IMG/VR virus record: IMGVR_UViG_3300021959_007005
Source: a virus
Taxonomy: Duplodnaviria; Caudoviricetes
DNA: 64,000 bases
Reading direction: 5' to 3' (one strand)
The notes under the pieces were generated by a model, which worked only from the letters and a program-made list of their open reading frames with translations, searched no databases and was not told the DNA's origin. Of this stretch, positions 44,741 to 54,788 are shown piece by piece; the first letter of the stretch is position 1, and every line of letters begins with the position of its first letter. The position numbers and the translations under genes were made by a program.

Positions 44741-44767
44741 TTGACGCCAAAACGTCTTGGTGCTATA
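44741..44767 (+). promoter_or_regulatory. Palindrome-spacer promoter
   Basis: TTGACGCCAAAACGTCTTGGTGCTATA. Confidence 0.8.
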
Positions 44768-44801
44768 AAGTGTGAGTAAGTTAAACAAATGAGGTACTAA
44801 A

Positions 44802-45143
44802 ATGCAAGAACAGATTCAAACATTGATCCAAAAAGCCAAAGCAGACTACACAAAATTTGCTACTGCTGGCGGACGTGGTGAACCAGAAGCAGGTAGCTAC
44901 TTTGCTAAAGAACTTGCTAACTTTGAAAATAGTTTTACTGTTAAAGAAGGCAGTAAGTATATCAAACTAATCCGAGGCGGAGGTGTTTGGGGCTTTATTG
45001 TTAACACAGACAACGATAAAAAGTTTGTTAAAGGTGATATCCTTAAAGCCGCAGGTTATAATGCTCCAGCTCGTAACGCTGCACGTGGCAATGTTTTTGG
45101 TGAATACAATGTAGCATGGACTGGCCCACATTATTTGAAATAA
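44802..45143 (+). CDS. Early conserved phage protein
   Basis: KYIKL...VWGFIV...GDILKAAGYNAPARN. Confidence 0.65.
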   Translation: MQEQIQTLIQKAKADYTKFATAGGRGEPEAGSYFAKELANFENSFTVKEGSKYIKLIRGGGVWGFIVNTDNDKKFVKGDILKAAGYNAPARNAARGNVFGEYNVAWTGPHYLK

Positions 45144-45251
45144 GGAAATAAAATGACTCAAGTAGCGTTATGGAGAACAATACATTGTGCAATAATTGGT
45201 ATGTTAGGTATTACACCAATTATTGCACTACTTTTAATATTATAAAAACAG

Positions 45252-45278
45252 TTGACACCAATACGTATTGGTGTTAAA
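45252..45278 (+). promoter_or_regulatory. Palindrome-spacer promoter (perfect palindrome 45256-45273)
   Basis: TTGACACCAATACGTATTGGTGTTAAA. Confidence 0.8.
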
Positions 45279-45311
45279 ACATGTATATAAATTAAACAAA
45301 CGGAGTTGAAA

Positions 45312-45815
45312 ATGTCTGTAATTGATAAAGCATTTGCATTTGCCACCGCAGCACACGCCGCAGTTGGACAAAAAAGAAAGTATGATGGTGCACCTTACAT
45401 TGTTCATCCTCAGAGAGTTGCTGATATTGTTAGAACATATGGAGGCAGTGACGATCAGATTGCCGCCGCTTACCTACATGATGTTGTGGAGGATACACAA
45501 GTTGACATTGATACTATTCGTGACATGTTTGGCGATACTATCGCTGATTTGGTTTCAGACCTTACAGATGTGTCTTGTTCCTATGATGGCAATAGAGCAA
45601 CCAGAAAATCAATAGACATGGAGCACACACTCTGTGGCAGTGTTGATGCACAGTTTGTTAAACTGGCTGATATATTGGATAACAGTCAGGACATCAAAGA
45701 AAATGATCCTAGTTTTTGGAAAGTATACCAAAAGGAAATGCTTGCACTATTAGAAGGAATGACAGATTGTACTATGTTCCCTCTATATGCTAAAGCATTG
45801 GACAGTGTTAGTTAA
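45312..45815 (+). CDS. HD-domain hydrolase, RelA/SpoT hydrolase (SAH/Mesh1)-like
   Basis: AH..GQKRK...PYIVHP, AAYLHDVVEDT, VKLADILDN. Confidence 0.85.
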   Translation: MSVIDKAFAFATAAHAAVGQKRKYDGAPYIVHPQRVADIVRTYGGSDDQIAAAYLHDVVEDTQVDIDTIRDMFGDTIADLVSDLTDVSCSYDGNRATRKSIDMEHTLCGSVDAQFVKLADILDNSQDIKENDPSFWKVYQKEMLALLEGMTDCTMFPLYAKALDSVS

Positions 45816-45818
45816 TAA

Positions 45819-46589
45819 TTAACTTGGTTTAATTCCAGATAATGTTTTGAGATCGTCAATTGAAGAATCATCAGAACCCATTCTTTTTCCTTGCGTAGCA
45901 CTAGTGTTTGCTGGAAATTTATCAGTGGGTTCTGATTTAGCTTTTTCTGCTTCAGCGGCCTTTAATTCAGATAATCTTGGAAGGTCTGCATATCCACCCT
46001 TTGCATTAATTTTTTTAACTTCATCATCTGATAGTACTCTATTAATCATCATGTTACCAGAAATAATCCAATTTCCTGTCATGTTATTATTTGTTTTAAA
46101 TCTATAATGTCCGCCCAATGGTATTTGGTCAGTAATAGCTTTACTTTTTGCACTGATTTGACCTTTAAACGGTCCACTTTTTAATACAGTACCTTTTGCA
46201 TCAGCTCTCGCCTGCCAATCAACTTCGTCACTCATTAATACTTCTGCCCATACTTGGTTATCTGGTCTGTAATCTGGCTCTGCTTGACCTTTGCCTTTAC
46301 TCTTACCACCAATATGTGTTGCCATTGGATAATCACCTGCATGCCAACCTGGACGATATGCTAAATCACCTAATTTAGATTTAACCATTCTTCCACCACT
46401 TTTATTATCTTTAGCACGTTCACCTTCTTCAGCAGTTTTCCATACACCCATTTCTACTGGTATATTTTTATTCACATATAATGGATATAATTTTCCACCT
46501 TTTGTATTGAATAATTTGTATGCTTTAATGGTTTTACCTTCAAATTCATTAATTTGGGTTTCCTTAAGGTACTCTTTTAAATTTTTCAT
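45819..46589 (-). CDS. Late protein of unknown function
   Basis: LAYRPGWHAG, PDNQVWAEV, YRFKTN; minus-strand TAAATA at 46610-46615; ends LKTLSGIKPS. Confidence 0.65.
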   Translation of the reverse strand: MKNLKEYLKETQINEFEGKTIKAYKLFNTKGGKLYPLYVNKNIPVEMGVWKTAEEGERAKDNKSGGRMVKSKLGDLAYRPGWHAGDYPMATHIGGKSKGKGQAEPDYRPDNQVWAEVLMSDEVDWQARADAKGTVLKSGPFKGQISAKSKAITDQIPLGGHYRFKTNNNMTGNWIISGNMMINRVLSDDEVKKINAKGGYADLPRLSELKAAEAEKAKSEPTDKFPANTSATQGKRMGSDDSSIDDLKTLSGIKPS

Positions 46590-46686
46590 GACGATATCCT
46601 TGTTATGTTTATTTATTCTTTTATTGACAACTATTATAAAATAGTATATTGATAGTTAGAGAGTTTAAATAAAAGAGGTGAGAATA

Positions 46687-47793
46687 ATGCAGAATATAGT
46701 TAGTTTAAACAGCCTTTACAAAAGAGATTCAAAAGGCAAAGTTCGTATTTGGACTATAGAGTTTGGATACGACAATGAAGATACAGCAGGTATCCGCAGT
46801 ATTAGCGGGTTAGTTGATGGCGAGAAGATCACAAGTGTTTGGAACATAAGTGAAGCAAAGAACGTAGGACGTTCAAATGCCACTACTGCAAGAGAGCAAG
46901 CACAAGATGAAGCACATGCACAGTGGACTAAAAAAGCTGACAAAGAATATTTTGCAGACGTAAACAAAATCGATACGTATGAAAAGTTCAAGCCAATGCT
47001 TGCACATGATTATACCAAGCGTCCACAAAGCGAAGGTTACAGTCAACCTAAACTAGATGGTATCCGTTGTGTAGCAGATGCTAACGGACTATGGACACGT
47101 AGCGGCAAAGCCATTACAAGTTGTCCGCATGTTTGGGAAAGTGTAAAGCCATTTATTGACGCTAATCCAGGCATTGTACTGGATGGTGAGCTTTACAATC
47201 ACGACCTTAAAGCAGACTTTCAAAAGATTGTTAGCCTTGTGCGTAAAGTAAAATGTCGTCCAGAAGAGATTGCAGAAAGTGCAGAGCTTGTGCAGTATCA
47301 CGTATATGATTGCTATATCCCAGACATGGAGTTCGCAGACCGTATCAAAATTGCCAAAGGTGCAAAAAGTGATGTTGTACATATTGTACAAACAGATTAT
47401 GCTAGTTTCCAGGAGGAACTAGATGCACTGTACAGCGATTATATGGAACGTGGATATGAAGGACAAATGATCCGCAATAACACACCATACGAATGTAAAC
47501 GTAGCAAAAATCTACTCAAGCGTAAAGAGTTTATCACAGAAGAGTTTGACGTAGTAGAGGTAATAGAAGGACAAGGTGCATGGACTGGATATGCAAAACG
47601 TTTTGTTCTTGCAATGCCAGATGGCACACAGTTTGGCAGTGGAGTACGTGGCACTCAAGCACAACTCAAAGAGCTGTTGGAAACGGAAGTAAAACCCAAT
47701 TGGGTTACTTGTAGATTCTTCGAATACAGCAACGACGGTGTACCTCGCTTTCCAGTAGTAATTGATTATGGTGTAGGAGTACGTAATGATTGA
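46687..47793 (+). CDS. lig: ATP-dependent DNA ligase
   Basis: QPKLDGIRC, LDGELY, YHVYD, EGQMIR, LLKRKEF, PRFP. Confidence 0.92.
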   Translation: MQNIVSLNSLYKRDSKGKVRIWTIEFGYDNEDTAGIRSISGLVDGEKITSVWNISEAKNVGRSNATTAREQAQDEAHAQWTKKADKEYFADVNKIDTYEKFKPMLAHDYTKRPQSEGYSQPKLDGIRCVADANGLWTRSGKAITSCPHVWESVKPFIDANPGIVLDGELYNHDLKADFQKIVSLVRKVKCRPEEIAESAELVQYHVYDCYIPDMEFADRIKIAKGAKSDVVHIVQTDYASFQEELDALYSDYMERGYEGQMIRNNTPYECKRSKNLLKRKEFITEEFDVVEVIEGQGAWTGYAKRFVLAMPDGTQFGSGVRGTQAQLKELLETEVKPNWVTCRFFEYSNDGVPRFPVVIDYGVGVRND

Positions 47794-48070
47794 ATCAGTT
47801 AAACAATTTTTTAAAGATAGTTATACACTGTCACCATTGGCATTTTACTGTGAACTAGTTGAGGCAGTAATGCTAATAGGTGCTAGTGCAGTACTAACAT
47901 TTACTGTGCTAGATCCAGCAACTAAAATCTTCATTCCAATGTATTTGGTAGGCAGTATACTTGGTGTGATTAGTACTTGGATTAGGCGGGCTGGATTTGC
48001 TATTGTTCTGACACTTTGGTTTGTTGTAATGAATAGCATTGCTATGGTGCAATTATTTGTATTAAGCTAA
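47786..48070 (+). CDS. 3-TM membrane protein
   Basis: Hydropathy pattern. Confidence 0.55.
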   Translation: MIESVKQFFKDSYTLSPLAFYCELVEAVMLIGASAVLTFTVLDPATKIFIPMYLVGSILGVISTWIRRAGFAIVLTLWFVVMNSIAMVQLFVLS

Positions 48071-48101
48071 ATAATGATATACATGTATTAAAGGAAAAAT
48101 A

Positions 48102-48575
48102 ATGGACGATTTAAATAGAGTAAGAGAACTGGCAGGAGTGCCATTATTAGAGTCTCACGTTAGTTCAGAAATTGAGTCAGCAGAAGTAGTAGAAAAAGAA
48201 ACTACTGAAGAAGAAGCAGTCGACGAAGCGGGTGATTATTATACTAAAGGTGTTTGGAAATTAATTGATGCACATGGTGCCGATGCAGTACTAAGAGAAA
48301 TGCTGCGATTTTTACATGCTGATGTGATTCAAGATTTTACAAACCATGTGCATGATGCAGATGCTATGTCATTTGAATCAACAGCTAATGAAGGCGAGAC
48401 AAAACCCAAATTTGTGTTTACAGTAATTAATTCTAATACGTTGCTAATTGTTAACGATAACACAGGGGAGCAACGTTATGCAAACAATGTTACGCTGCCG
48501 TCGCTGTATGATGTAACACAAGCACAACTTGCAAAATTATTTAAAACTGGAACACATTCAGACGCTCGGTCTTAG
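48102..48575 (+). CDS. Late protein with RELAGV N-terminal motif
   Basis: TAAATA at 48068; MDDLNRVRELAGVPLLES. Confidence 0.6.
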   Translation: MDDLNRVRELAGVPLLESHVSSEIESAEVVEKETTEEEAVDEAGDYYTKGVWKLIDAHGADAVLREMLRFLHADVIQDFTNHVHDADAMSFESTANEGETKPKFVFTVINSNTLLIVNDNTGEQRYANNVTLPSLYDVTQAQLAKLFKTGTHSDARS

Positions 48576-48670
48576 TAACTTTTGCCACTAATATCCTCAG
48601 TTGACCCATGGAAAAGGTCACTACGGCAAGAAGAAAAAGTAATATAAACAAGAAGTCAACGACGAAGATA

Positions 48671-48696
48671 GCGAAGGATTAAACCTTCGCTTTTTT
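48671..48696 (+). terminator. Terminator immediately before a palindrome promoter
   Basis: GCGAAGG-ATTAAA-CCTTCGC-TTTTTT. Confidence 0.8.
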
Positions 48697-48697
48697 C

Positions 48698-48724
48698 TTG
48701 ACATCAATACGTCTTGGTGCTATT
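48698..48724 (+). promoter_or_regulatory. Palindrome-spacer promoter
   Basis: TTGACATCAATACGTCTTGGTGCTATT. Confidence 0.8.
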
Positions 48725-48757
48725 GTGAAGATAAGTTAAACAAAGCGAGGTGCCAAA

Positions 48758-48901
48758 ATGTATACAGTAGAATATGGATACTATAACTACCCAAAAAAGA
48801 TACGCACTTTCAAAACATATGAAAGCGCCAAAAAGTTTTTTTACTACATCGGAAAACAAAACGGTGTGAAAAAAGCAGAACTCACAGTACCAGGATCATA
48901 A
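48758..48901 (+). CDS. 47-aa early protein (not in ORF track)
   Basis: GAGG RBS; MYTVEYGYYNYPKKIRTFKTYESAKKFF. Confidence 0.6.
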   Translation: MYTVEYGYYNYPKKIRTFKTYESAKKFFYYIGKQNGVKKAELTVPGS

Positions 48902-48903
48902 TA

Positions 48904-49179
48904 ATGGAAGACATCATGCCAATTCAAGAACTCAAAGAACTTTTGAGTAATGAAATCGTAACTGTAACATTTACAAAACTTAATGGTGAAGAGCGTACTA
49001 TGCCCTGTACATTAATGGAAACTTATTTGCCTGAAGCAAAAAAAGAAGATCCATTAACACAGAAGAAAATTAGAACTCTTAATGAAAACGTACAAGTTGT
49101 ATGGGCTTTAGAGAGTAATGGCTTTCGTAGTTTTCGTTATGACCGTGTAACTAAAATTGAGGTTAAAAATGACTCGTAA
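48904..49179 (+). CDS. WYL_2 / SH3-like phage protein
   Basis: VTVTFTKLNGEERTMPCTL...VWALESNGFRSFR. Confidence 0.75.
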   Translation: MEDIMPIQELKELLSNEIVTVTFTKLNGEERTMPCTLMETYLPEAKKEDPLTQKKIRTLNENVQVVWALESNGFRSFRYDRVTKIEVKNDS

Positions 49180-49387
49180 TGAAATAATAGATGATGCCAT
49201 TGGTGTTATGTTGCTTGCTGTATTTGCTTTTGGGTGGATGGATACTCTTTGGATTTTTGGTGTGGAAAATAGTCAACAATACACTTGGTGGAATTTAATT
49301 CAGTATTTTGCCAATTAATACATTGACAAACTATTGTAATAGTAGTATAACGTATGAATAAAGTTAAGTAGATCAGGAGATAATAAA

Positions 49388-49579
49388 ATGAGTGCTACAA
49401 AAAATTGGATGATGGCAGTAGAAGAAACTTTTTGGGACTGTGTTAACGATATTATGAAGCAATCTTCAACTTTAAATGAGGCTATTGAAAGATCAGTTTC
49501 ATTAGGTAAACCAATGGTTCCACATATTAGCGAATCTCAGATTGACGAAGCAGTTTCAGAAATGTATACACATGGATGA
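49388..49579 (+). CDS. Hypothetical protein
   Basis: AGGAG RBS; TTGACA promoter at about 49324. Confidence 0.55.
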   Translation: MSATKNWMMAVEETFWDCVNDIMKQSSTLNEAIERSVSLGKPMVPHISESQIDEAVSEMYTHG

Positions 49580-49814
49580 GAACCAAATGTTAGAAACACT
49601 TAAACAGGAGTACCTAGGTATGAAGTTTGTAGTTGAATTTAAAAAGCATATGACAACTGGCATTTTGCAAGGTCTTACTTTCGATGAAAAGATGAACTTT
49701 GTAGACTGGAGCGATGCTTGTGATTGGGCAAGTAAAGTTACTGCCAGTGCAAAAGTACCGTTTAATATTCTTGAAATGCATAACCCTTTAACTGGTGAAA
49801 TGGAGACATTTTAA
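49572..49814 (+). CDS. Hypothetical protein
   Basis: Start re-called at MDENQ. Confidence 0.5.
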   Translation: MDENQMLETLKQEYLGMKFVVEFKKHMTTGILQGLTFDEKMNFVDWSDACDWASKVTASAKVPFNILEMHNPLTGEMETF

Positions 49815-50222
49815 TGAACGATCTATTAGAAGATATCGCAGTAATGGAAAGCGTACTTATTGCAATGGCAGAAGGTGCTAGTGATGAACGCCGAATGGCA
49901 CTTGGTTATATGGAAAACTTAGTTGCTAAAAAACAATTAATAGTAGAGGAATTTGAGAAACAAGCAGAATAATTAATATTACAAAAAAGGAGCAGGTAAT
50001 ATTTTGAGTAATAAAGAGGTTGATTTTGAAGATGCAATGTCGGATGATGACTATGGTATTATTATTAGTAGAACTGGAGAGCTAAAAGGTCTATTTGTTC
50101 CAAAAATTATCAATAATAATGAAAACGTGCCAGATAGTATTGTTGCAATCATTACTGACATTTTTGGATTAGAACTTGATGGAAATGAAGAAAATAATAT
50201 AACAATACACTGAGGAGTTTAA

Positions 50223-50468
50223 ATGACAATACCTAATGCTTTTGAAGTAACTAATGATCGTCGGGAAGCAACAAAGCTCGCTGAGTTTATCGCGAACCTA
50301 ACTTATTCGACTGGAGAAGATTATAAACTAGCAAACACGTTGAGTGAAATTTCACGAAATTTACAATCATTTAATGAAATATTTGGATATAGATGGAATG
50401 ATTTTAGTCAGGAACATCAACGTATTATAGTTCAATGCAAAAAATTAATGGAAAAAGAAGTGAAATAA
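50223..50468 (+). CDS. Hypothetical protein
   Basis: GAGGAG RBS. Confidence 0.55.
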   Translation: MTIPNAFEVTNDRREATKLAEFIANLTYSTGEDYKLANTLSEISRNLQSFNEIFGYRWNDFSQEHQRIIVQCKKLMEKEVK

Positions 50469-50469
50469 A

Positions 50470-50646
50470 ATGGGAAGATTTAGTGTAACTGATGAAGATC
50501 AGAAATTAATTGACGAGTATTTAAAAAAAGGTGGCGAGGTAACAATTTGTAAGAAATTTGCTCGTACAGAAGAAGAAGACATTCGTTATCTATGGAAAAA
50601 GAAAGCATTCAATCCTCCAAAAAAAGTTGACACTGATGACAAATAG
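50470..50646 (+). CDS. 58-aa protein (not in ORF track)
   Basis: LIDEYLKKGGEVTIC. Confidence 0.55.
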   Translation: MGRFSVTDEDQKLIDEYLKKGGEVTICKKFARTEEEDIRYLWKKKAFNPPKKVDTDDK

Positions 50647-50685
50647 TGTTAGATATATTATGAATTAGAAATAAAGGATGAAGAA

Positions 50686-51270
50686 ATGAAATTTAGAAAA
50701 GATATAATTTTAACTGATGTAGATGGTGTCTTACTTGATTGGGAAAGTAAATTTACTCAATGGATGGAAACCAAAGGGTTTCGACCAGAACCTGAGCAAT
50801 ATAGTTATGAAATGAACCTTCGTTTTGGTTTAAAAAAACCACACGTTAAAGAGCTAATACGTCAGTTCAATGAAAGTGCCTGGATTGGATTCTTACAACC
50901 ATTACGTGATTCAGTAGAAGGGGTTCGTATATTACACCAAGAAAAAAAATGGAGGTTCGGCGCTATTACAAGTTTATCCGAAGATCCATTTGCTACACAG
51001 TTACGTAAAAATAATTTAGAACTAATTTTCGGAGAAGACACGTTTGACTTTGTAAAATGTATCGATACTGGTGCAGATAAAGACAATGAGCTTTTGCCAT
51101 ATAAAGACAGTGGTCTTTATTGGCTAGAAGATAAGCCTGAGAATGCACTACTAGGTGCAGACCTAGGATTAAACACAATTCTAATGCGGCATAAACATAA
51201 CGCAAATTTTTATGATGAACGTATCAAAGTTGTGGACAATTGGACTCAAATTGTTAATACTATAACTTAG
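50686..51270 (+). CDS. HAD-family 5'(3')-nucleotidase-like protein
   Basis: LTDVDGVLLDW, WLEDKPEN. Confidence 0.8.
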   Translation: MKFRKDIILTDVDGVLLDWESKFTQWMETKGFRPEPEQYSYEMNLRFGLKKPHVKELIRQFNESAWIGFLQPLRDSVEGVRILHQEKKWRFGAITSLSEDPFATQLRKNNLELIFGEDTFDFVKCIDTGADKDNELLPYKDSGLYWLEDKPENALLGADLGLNTILMRHKHNANFYDERIKVVDNWTQIVNTIT

Positions 51271-51989
51271 TTATTTTCACCGTAAATATTCAGTATGTCT
51301 ATCACAGCGGGATGTCTTTCGACATCCCGTTTTGTAAAATGCACATGTCCTATAGACGCAGGAGAATGTGATCTATATCTTTCTAAAAAGTCTTTTAAAC
51401 CATTATTTGTAAATCCTCTATCATGTTGAGCAAGGTCACCTGTCACAACAACCTTTGATCCAACACCGATACGAGTTAATAACATTTTAGTTTGTTCTTG
51501 AGTTGCGTTTTGCATTTCGTCTGCAACAATCCAAGATTTTTTAAATGTTCGTCCTCGCATATATGCTAATGGGGAAATTTCAATGTCTTTGTTTTCTAAC
51601 ATTGCTGCTATCTGTTTGATAGTATAAAATTCCTCAAGGAAATCAAATATTGGTCGTGTCCAAGGCGCCATCTTGGCGTTTAAATCACCGGGTAAGAATC
51701 CATGTTGTTCGTCAACACTTACAGCGGGCCGTGTAACAACGATTTTGTCTACACTTCCTGCCTCCATTTGTTTAATTCCCATTTGGACAGCCATCATGGT
51801 TTTGCCTGTACCCGCAGGTCCAGTTGCAAAGCATATATGTTTATGGGTGTCTTCTAGGATATCAAGATATTCTTCTTGATTTAAATTACGAGGTAGGATT
51901 TGTAGTTTGGTTTTTTTAGAACGCTCTAGTTCTGATACCATATCGTTAAACGATCCTTTTTGTTTTGTTTGTCTTGCTCTTTTAGCCAT
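51267..51989 (-). CDS. phoH: PhoH-family ATPase
   Basis: GPAGTGKT, TRPAV, GFLPG, AYMRGRT, DEMQN, TGDLAQHD, RHP. Confidence 0.95.
   Translation of the reverse strand: MAKRARQTKQKGSFNDMVSELERSKKTKLQILPRNLNQEEYLDILEDTHKHICFATGPAGTGKTMMAVQMGIKQMEAGSVDKIVVTRPAVSVDEQHGFLPGDLNAKMAPWTRPIFDFLEEFYTIKQIAAMLENKDIEISPLAYMRGRTFKKSWIVADEMQNATQEQTKMLLTRIGVGSKVVVTGDLAQHDRGFTNNGLKDFLERYRSHSPASIGHVHFTKRDVERHPAVIDILNIYGENN
51308..51333 (+). terminator. Plus-strand terminator embedded in antisense phoH coding sequence
   Basis: CGGGATGTC-TTTC-GACATCCCG-TTTT. Confidence 0.6.
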
Positions 51990-52090
51990 TTGTAGAACTC
52001 CATTGTTGAGTTAGTCTTTGCCGAGTCCAATGTGTCCACACTATTACTTATTACCAAACTGCTAAATAACTGTATAAAAGAGATGTAAAA

Positions 52091-52636
52091 ATGCGTGAAA
52101 TTGAAGAATTAAAACAAACATTAGACCAACTAGTCGATTCTAGTAGCGATTTAAATATCCTATTAGAGTTTGAAGAAGTATTGGATAATCTAAACATATA
52201 TGCATATAAGAATTGGGAGTATGGAGAAGTACTTGCTGGTCCTGATATTAGTAAGTATTGGATTACTTGTTCATTGATGTGGCCTCGAAATCTTATGCCA
52301 GATCCAGATGGTGCATTACGATTAACTAAACACGGTGCAAGAGTATCTTTTAAGAAAGACACTCTTATTGAACCAATTAAGATTGTAACACAAGACGATT
52401 TAGAGATTGCGCCTGGCACAGACGGAAAAAGCAGAGCAAAAAAGAAAAACACTCCAATTTGGATAGTAAATGTTGAAATGCCACGACAGTTTGTTGATGA
52501 ATTTGAAAGCAGTAAGATTACTATTAACGGAACAGACATTGATTTAAGTGAAGTTGATGGAGCATATGATAGTGATCAAAATCTTGATTTAACACCAGAA
52601 AAATCAGATGTATTAGACAATATTGGAGAACAATAA
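52091..52636 (+). CDS. Conserved late hypothetical protein
   Basis: TAAATA at 52063; YAYKNW...MPDPDGALRL. Confidence 0.65.
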   Translation: MREIEELKQTLDQLVDSSSDLNILLEFEEVLDNLNIYAYKNWEYGEVLAGPDISKYWITCSLMWPRNLMPDPDGALRLTKHGARVSFKKDTLIEPIKIVTQDDLEIAPGTDGKSRAKKKNTPIWIVNVEMPRQFVDEFESSKITINGTDIDLSEVDGAYDSDQNLDLTPEKSDVLDNIGEQ

Positions 52637-53109
52637 TGAGTGTAAAATTTAATGAAATGGCAAACCTAGTTAATCCAACAATTAGTATTGATCAATATAA
52701 GCCTAAAATTGGCGAAGCTAGTGAAACAGTTGTAGTAGCATTTGAAGTTGACTCAGAACAACCAGCAAGTGATTTAGCAAATTTATTAGAAACTGATGTT
52801 GTTGAAATGTTAGATGTGGATGTTTCCCAAGGTCCAAATAAGGATGGCAAGCATCTTGTATTTGTTGAATTTGCTAGAGATAATAGATTACACAGTAATA
52901 TCTTAGATATTATGCATGCTGTATCGAGTGCAACTGGTATATCAGAATGGCAGTTTGATGGATACAAATCTGAAGCATCTTCACAATTAGATGAAGACAA
53001 TCTGTCTTCTTTGGTACTTGACAATCCGCAAGATTATGTGTTAAAGTATGCGGACAAGATGGAAGAATCTTCAGAATTATTAAGGCTAAAAACCTTATCT
53101 GGAATTTAA
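52636..53109 (+). CDS. Hypothetical protein ending LKTLSGI
   Basis: ISIDQYKPKIG. Confidence 0.6.
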   Translation: MSVKFNEMANLVNPTISIDQYKPKIGEASETVVVAFEVDSEQPASDLANLLETDVVEMLDVDVSQGPNKDGKHLVFVEFARDNRLHSNILDIMHAVSSATGISEWQFDGYKSEASSQLDEDNLSSLVLDNPQDYVLKYADKMEESSELLRLKTLSGI

Positions 53110-53125
53110 AAATCGAGGTATAATA

Positions 53126-53587
53126 ATGGGAGCAAAATTAGCAGGTGTTATGTTTATAATACTGATTGCCGCAAGTGGTGTCGGTTACTGGTACTATAAT
53201 GACACCCAGCAACGTATTGCAATCTTAAATGAAAATAATGCTAAACTAAACGTAGCAATAAATTTAAATGAAGAAACTATAACTTCTTTGGAATCAGATT
53301 ACAGAAGAGTTAATGAAGAACTAACAACTATTAATCAACAATTTGCTAATGTTCGGAAACAAAATAATAGATTAAATGAAAAACTTGCAACGATTGATCT
53401 TGGACTAGCGGCAGTTAATAATCCCGATGGGATTGGCAGAGCAGTCAATAGAGGTACAGAAAATGCAGGAAGATGTTTCGAATTATTAAGTGGTGCTGAT
53501 TTAAATGAAAAGGAAAAGGGAGCCACCAATGGCATACAATTTAACAAAGAGTGTCCTTGGCTTTGGCCTGGTAATGACACTCCTTAG
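53126..53587 (+). CDS. Putative i-spanin (Rz-like)
   Basis: N-terminal TM, periplasmic coiled coil, C-terminal Cys. Confidence 0.55.
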   Translation: MGAKLAGVMFIILIAASGVGYWYYNDTQQRIAILNENNAKLNVAINLNEETITSLESDYRRVNEELTTINQQFANVRKQNNRLNEKLATIDLGLAAVNNPDGIGRAVNRGTENAGRCFELLSGADLNEKEKGATNGIQFNKECPWLWPGNDTP

Positions 53588-53918
53588 TGGGTGCAGTAGT
53601 TTACCAAGCACCTTAAATGTATCAACAAAACCAGTTACAAAGCCAATATTGGTATTGCCTGATGTTGACGAAGTATCAATGCGCCGCATTGAATGGATTG
53701 TTATTAATGAAGAAAATGTAGATGATGAGTTAGCTAAACTTAAAGAAAAAAACATTCCAACTGGTTTGTATGCATTAACTGGTCAAGGTTATGAAAATTT
53801 AGGTCTGAACTTTAGTGACATACGTGCTCTAGTACAACAACAGCAAGCAATTATTGTAGCATATAAAAATTATTATATTGAAGCAGAAGAAACTCTAGAC
53901 AACTCAGTAGCAAAGTAA
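53529..53918 (+). CDS. Putative o-spanin lipoprotein (Rz1-like)
   Basis: Lipobox LSGC; overlaps 3' end of previous gene; start re-called. Confidence 0.55.
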   Translation: MAYNLTKSVLGFGLVMTLLSGCSSLPSTLNVSTKPVTKPILVLPDVDEVSMRRIEWIVINEENVDDELAKLKEKNIPTGLYALTGQGYENLGLNFSDIRALVQQQQAIIVAYKNYYIEAEETLDNSVAK

Positions 53919-54769
53919 TGTCAACAAAACCATATAAAAATTCAGATCCATATGATCTATTAGGTGTTGACAAAACTGCTACTGATAGTGATATTAAAAG
54001 TGCGTATAGAAAATTAGCAAAAAAATGGCATCCTGATACTCCTAATGGAGATGCTAAAAAGTTTAATGAAGTAAATACTGCATATGAATCAATTAAAGAT
54101 GTCGATGCTAGGTTCCAACAAGAACAACAACAGCATACATCTAACCCACATAACTGGCAACATAAAGCAGAGTCTAATCCATTCAATAATCACAACACTC
54201 CTCCTGGATTTGATAGTATGTTTGATAGTATGTTTGGAAGACAGCAAAAATACCACCAACGTAATCAGGATGTAGAAATAACTGCACATGTAACATTAGA
54301 AGAAGTATTAAACGAATCTCAAAAAAACTTAAATATAAATCTTATGAATGGTAATTTTAGAACTGTTACTATACACATTCCACGTGGTGTACATGAAGGA
54401 TCTAAGATAAGATACAATAGTATGGGTGATGATTCCGTTCCTGGACCACCTGGTAATTTAATCGTAACTTATCGATTAAAAAAACATAATAGGTTTTGGA
54501 CAGATGGTTACAATTTAAATGAAAAAATTAATATAAGTTTAAAAACTGCATTATTTGGTGGTGACATCCCTATTAGCGGAATAGACGGAAGTCAATTTAA
54601 ATTAAATATAAAGGCGGGTACTAGCCCAAATACAAAACTTAGAATACCACAACATGGGTTACCACAACCCAATCAACCAAATGGTGATTTAATATTACAT
54701 ATTGATGTTTCTATACCACCATTAACAGTCGACAATTTAAATACCCCAATTGGGGAATTATTAGAATAA
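53918..54769 (+). CDS. dnaJ: DnaJ/CbpA-type co-chaperone (no zinc finger)
   Basis: PYDLLGV, AYRKLAKKWHPD, C-terminal DnaJ domain, GDLIL. Confidence 0.9.
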   Translation: MSTKPYKNSDPYDLLGVDKTATDSDIKSAYRKLAKKWHPDTPNGDAKKFNEVNTAYESIKDVDARFQQEQQQHTSNPHNWQHKAESNPFNNHNTPPGFDSMFDSMFGRQQKYHQRNQDVEITAHVTLEEVLNESQKNLNINLMNGNFRTVTIHIPRGVHEGSKIRYNSMGDDSVPGPPGNLIVTYRLKKHNRFWTDGYNLNEKINISLKTALFGGDIPISGIDGSQFKLNIKAGTSPNTKLRIPQHGLPQPNQPNGDLILHIDVSIPPLTVDNLNTPIGELLE

Positions 54770-54788
54770 AGTAATAGGAGTAAGTTTA

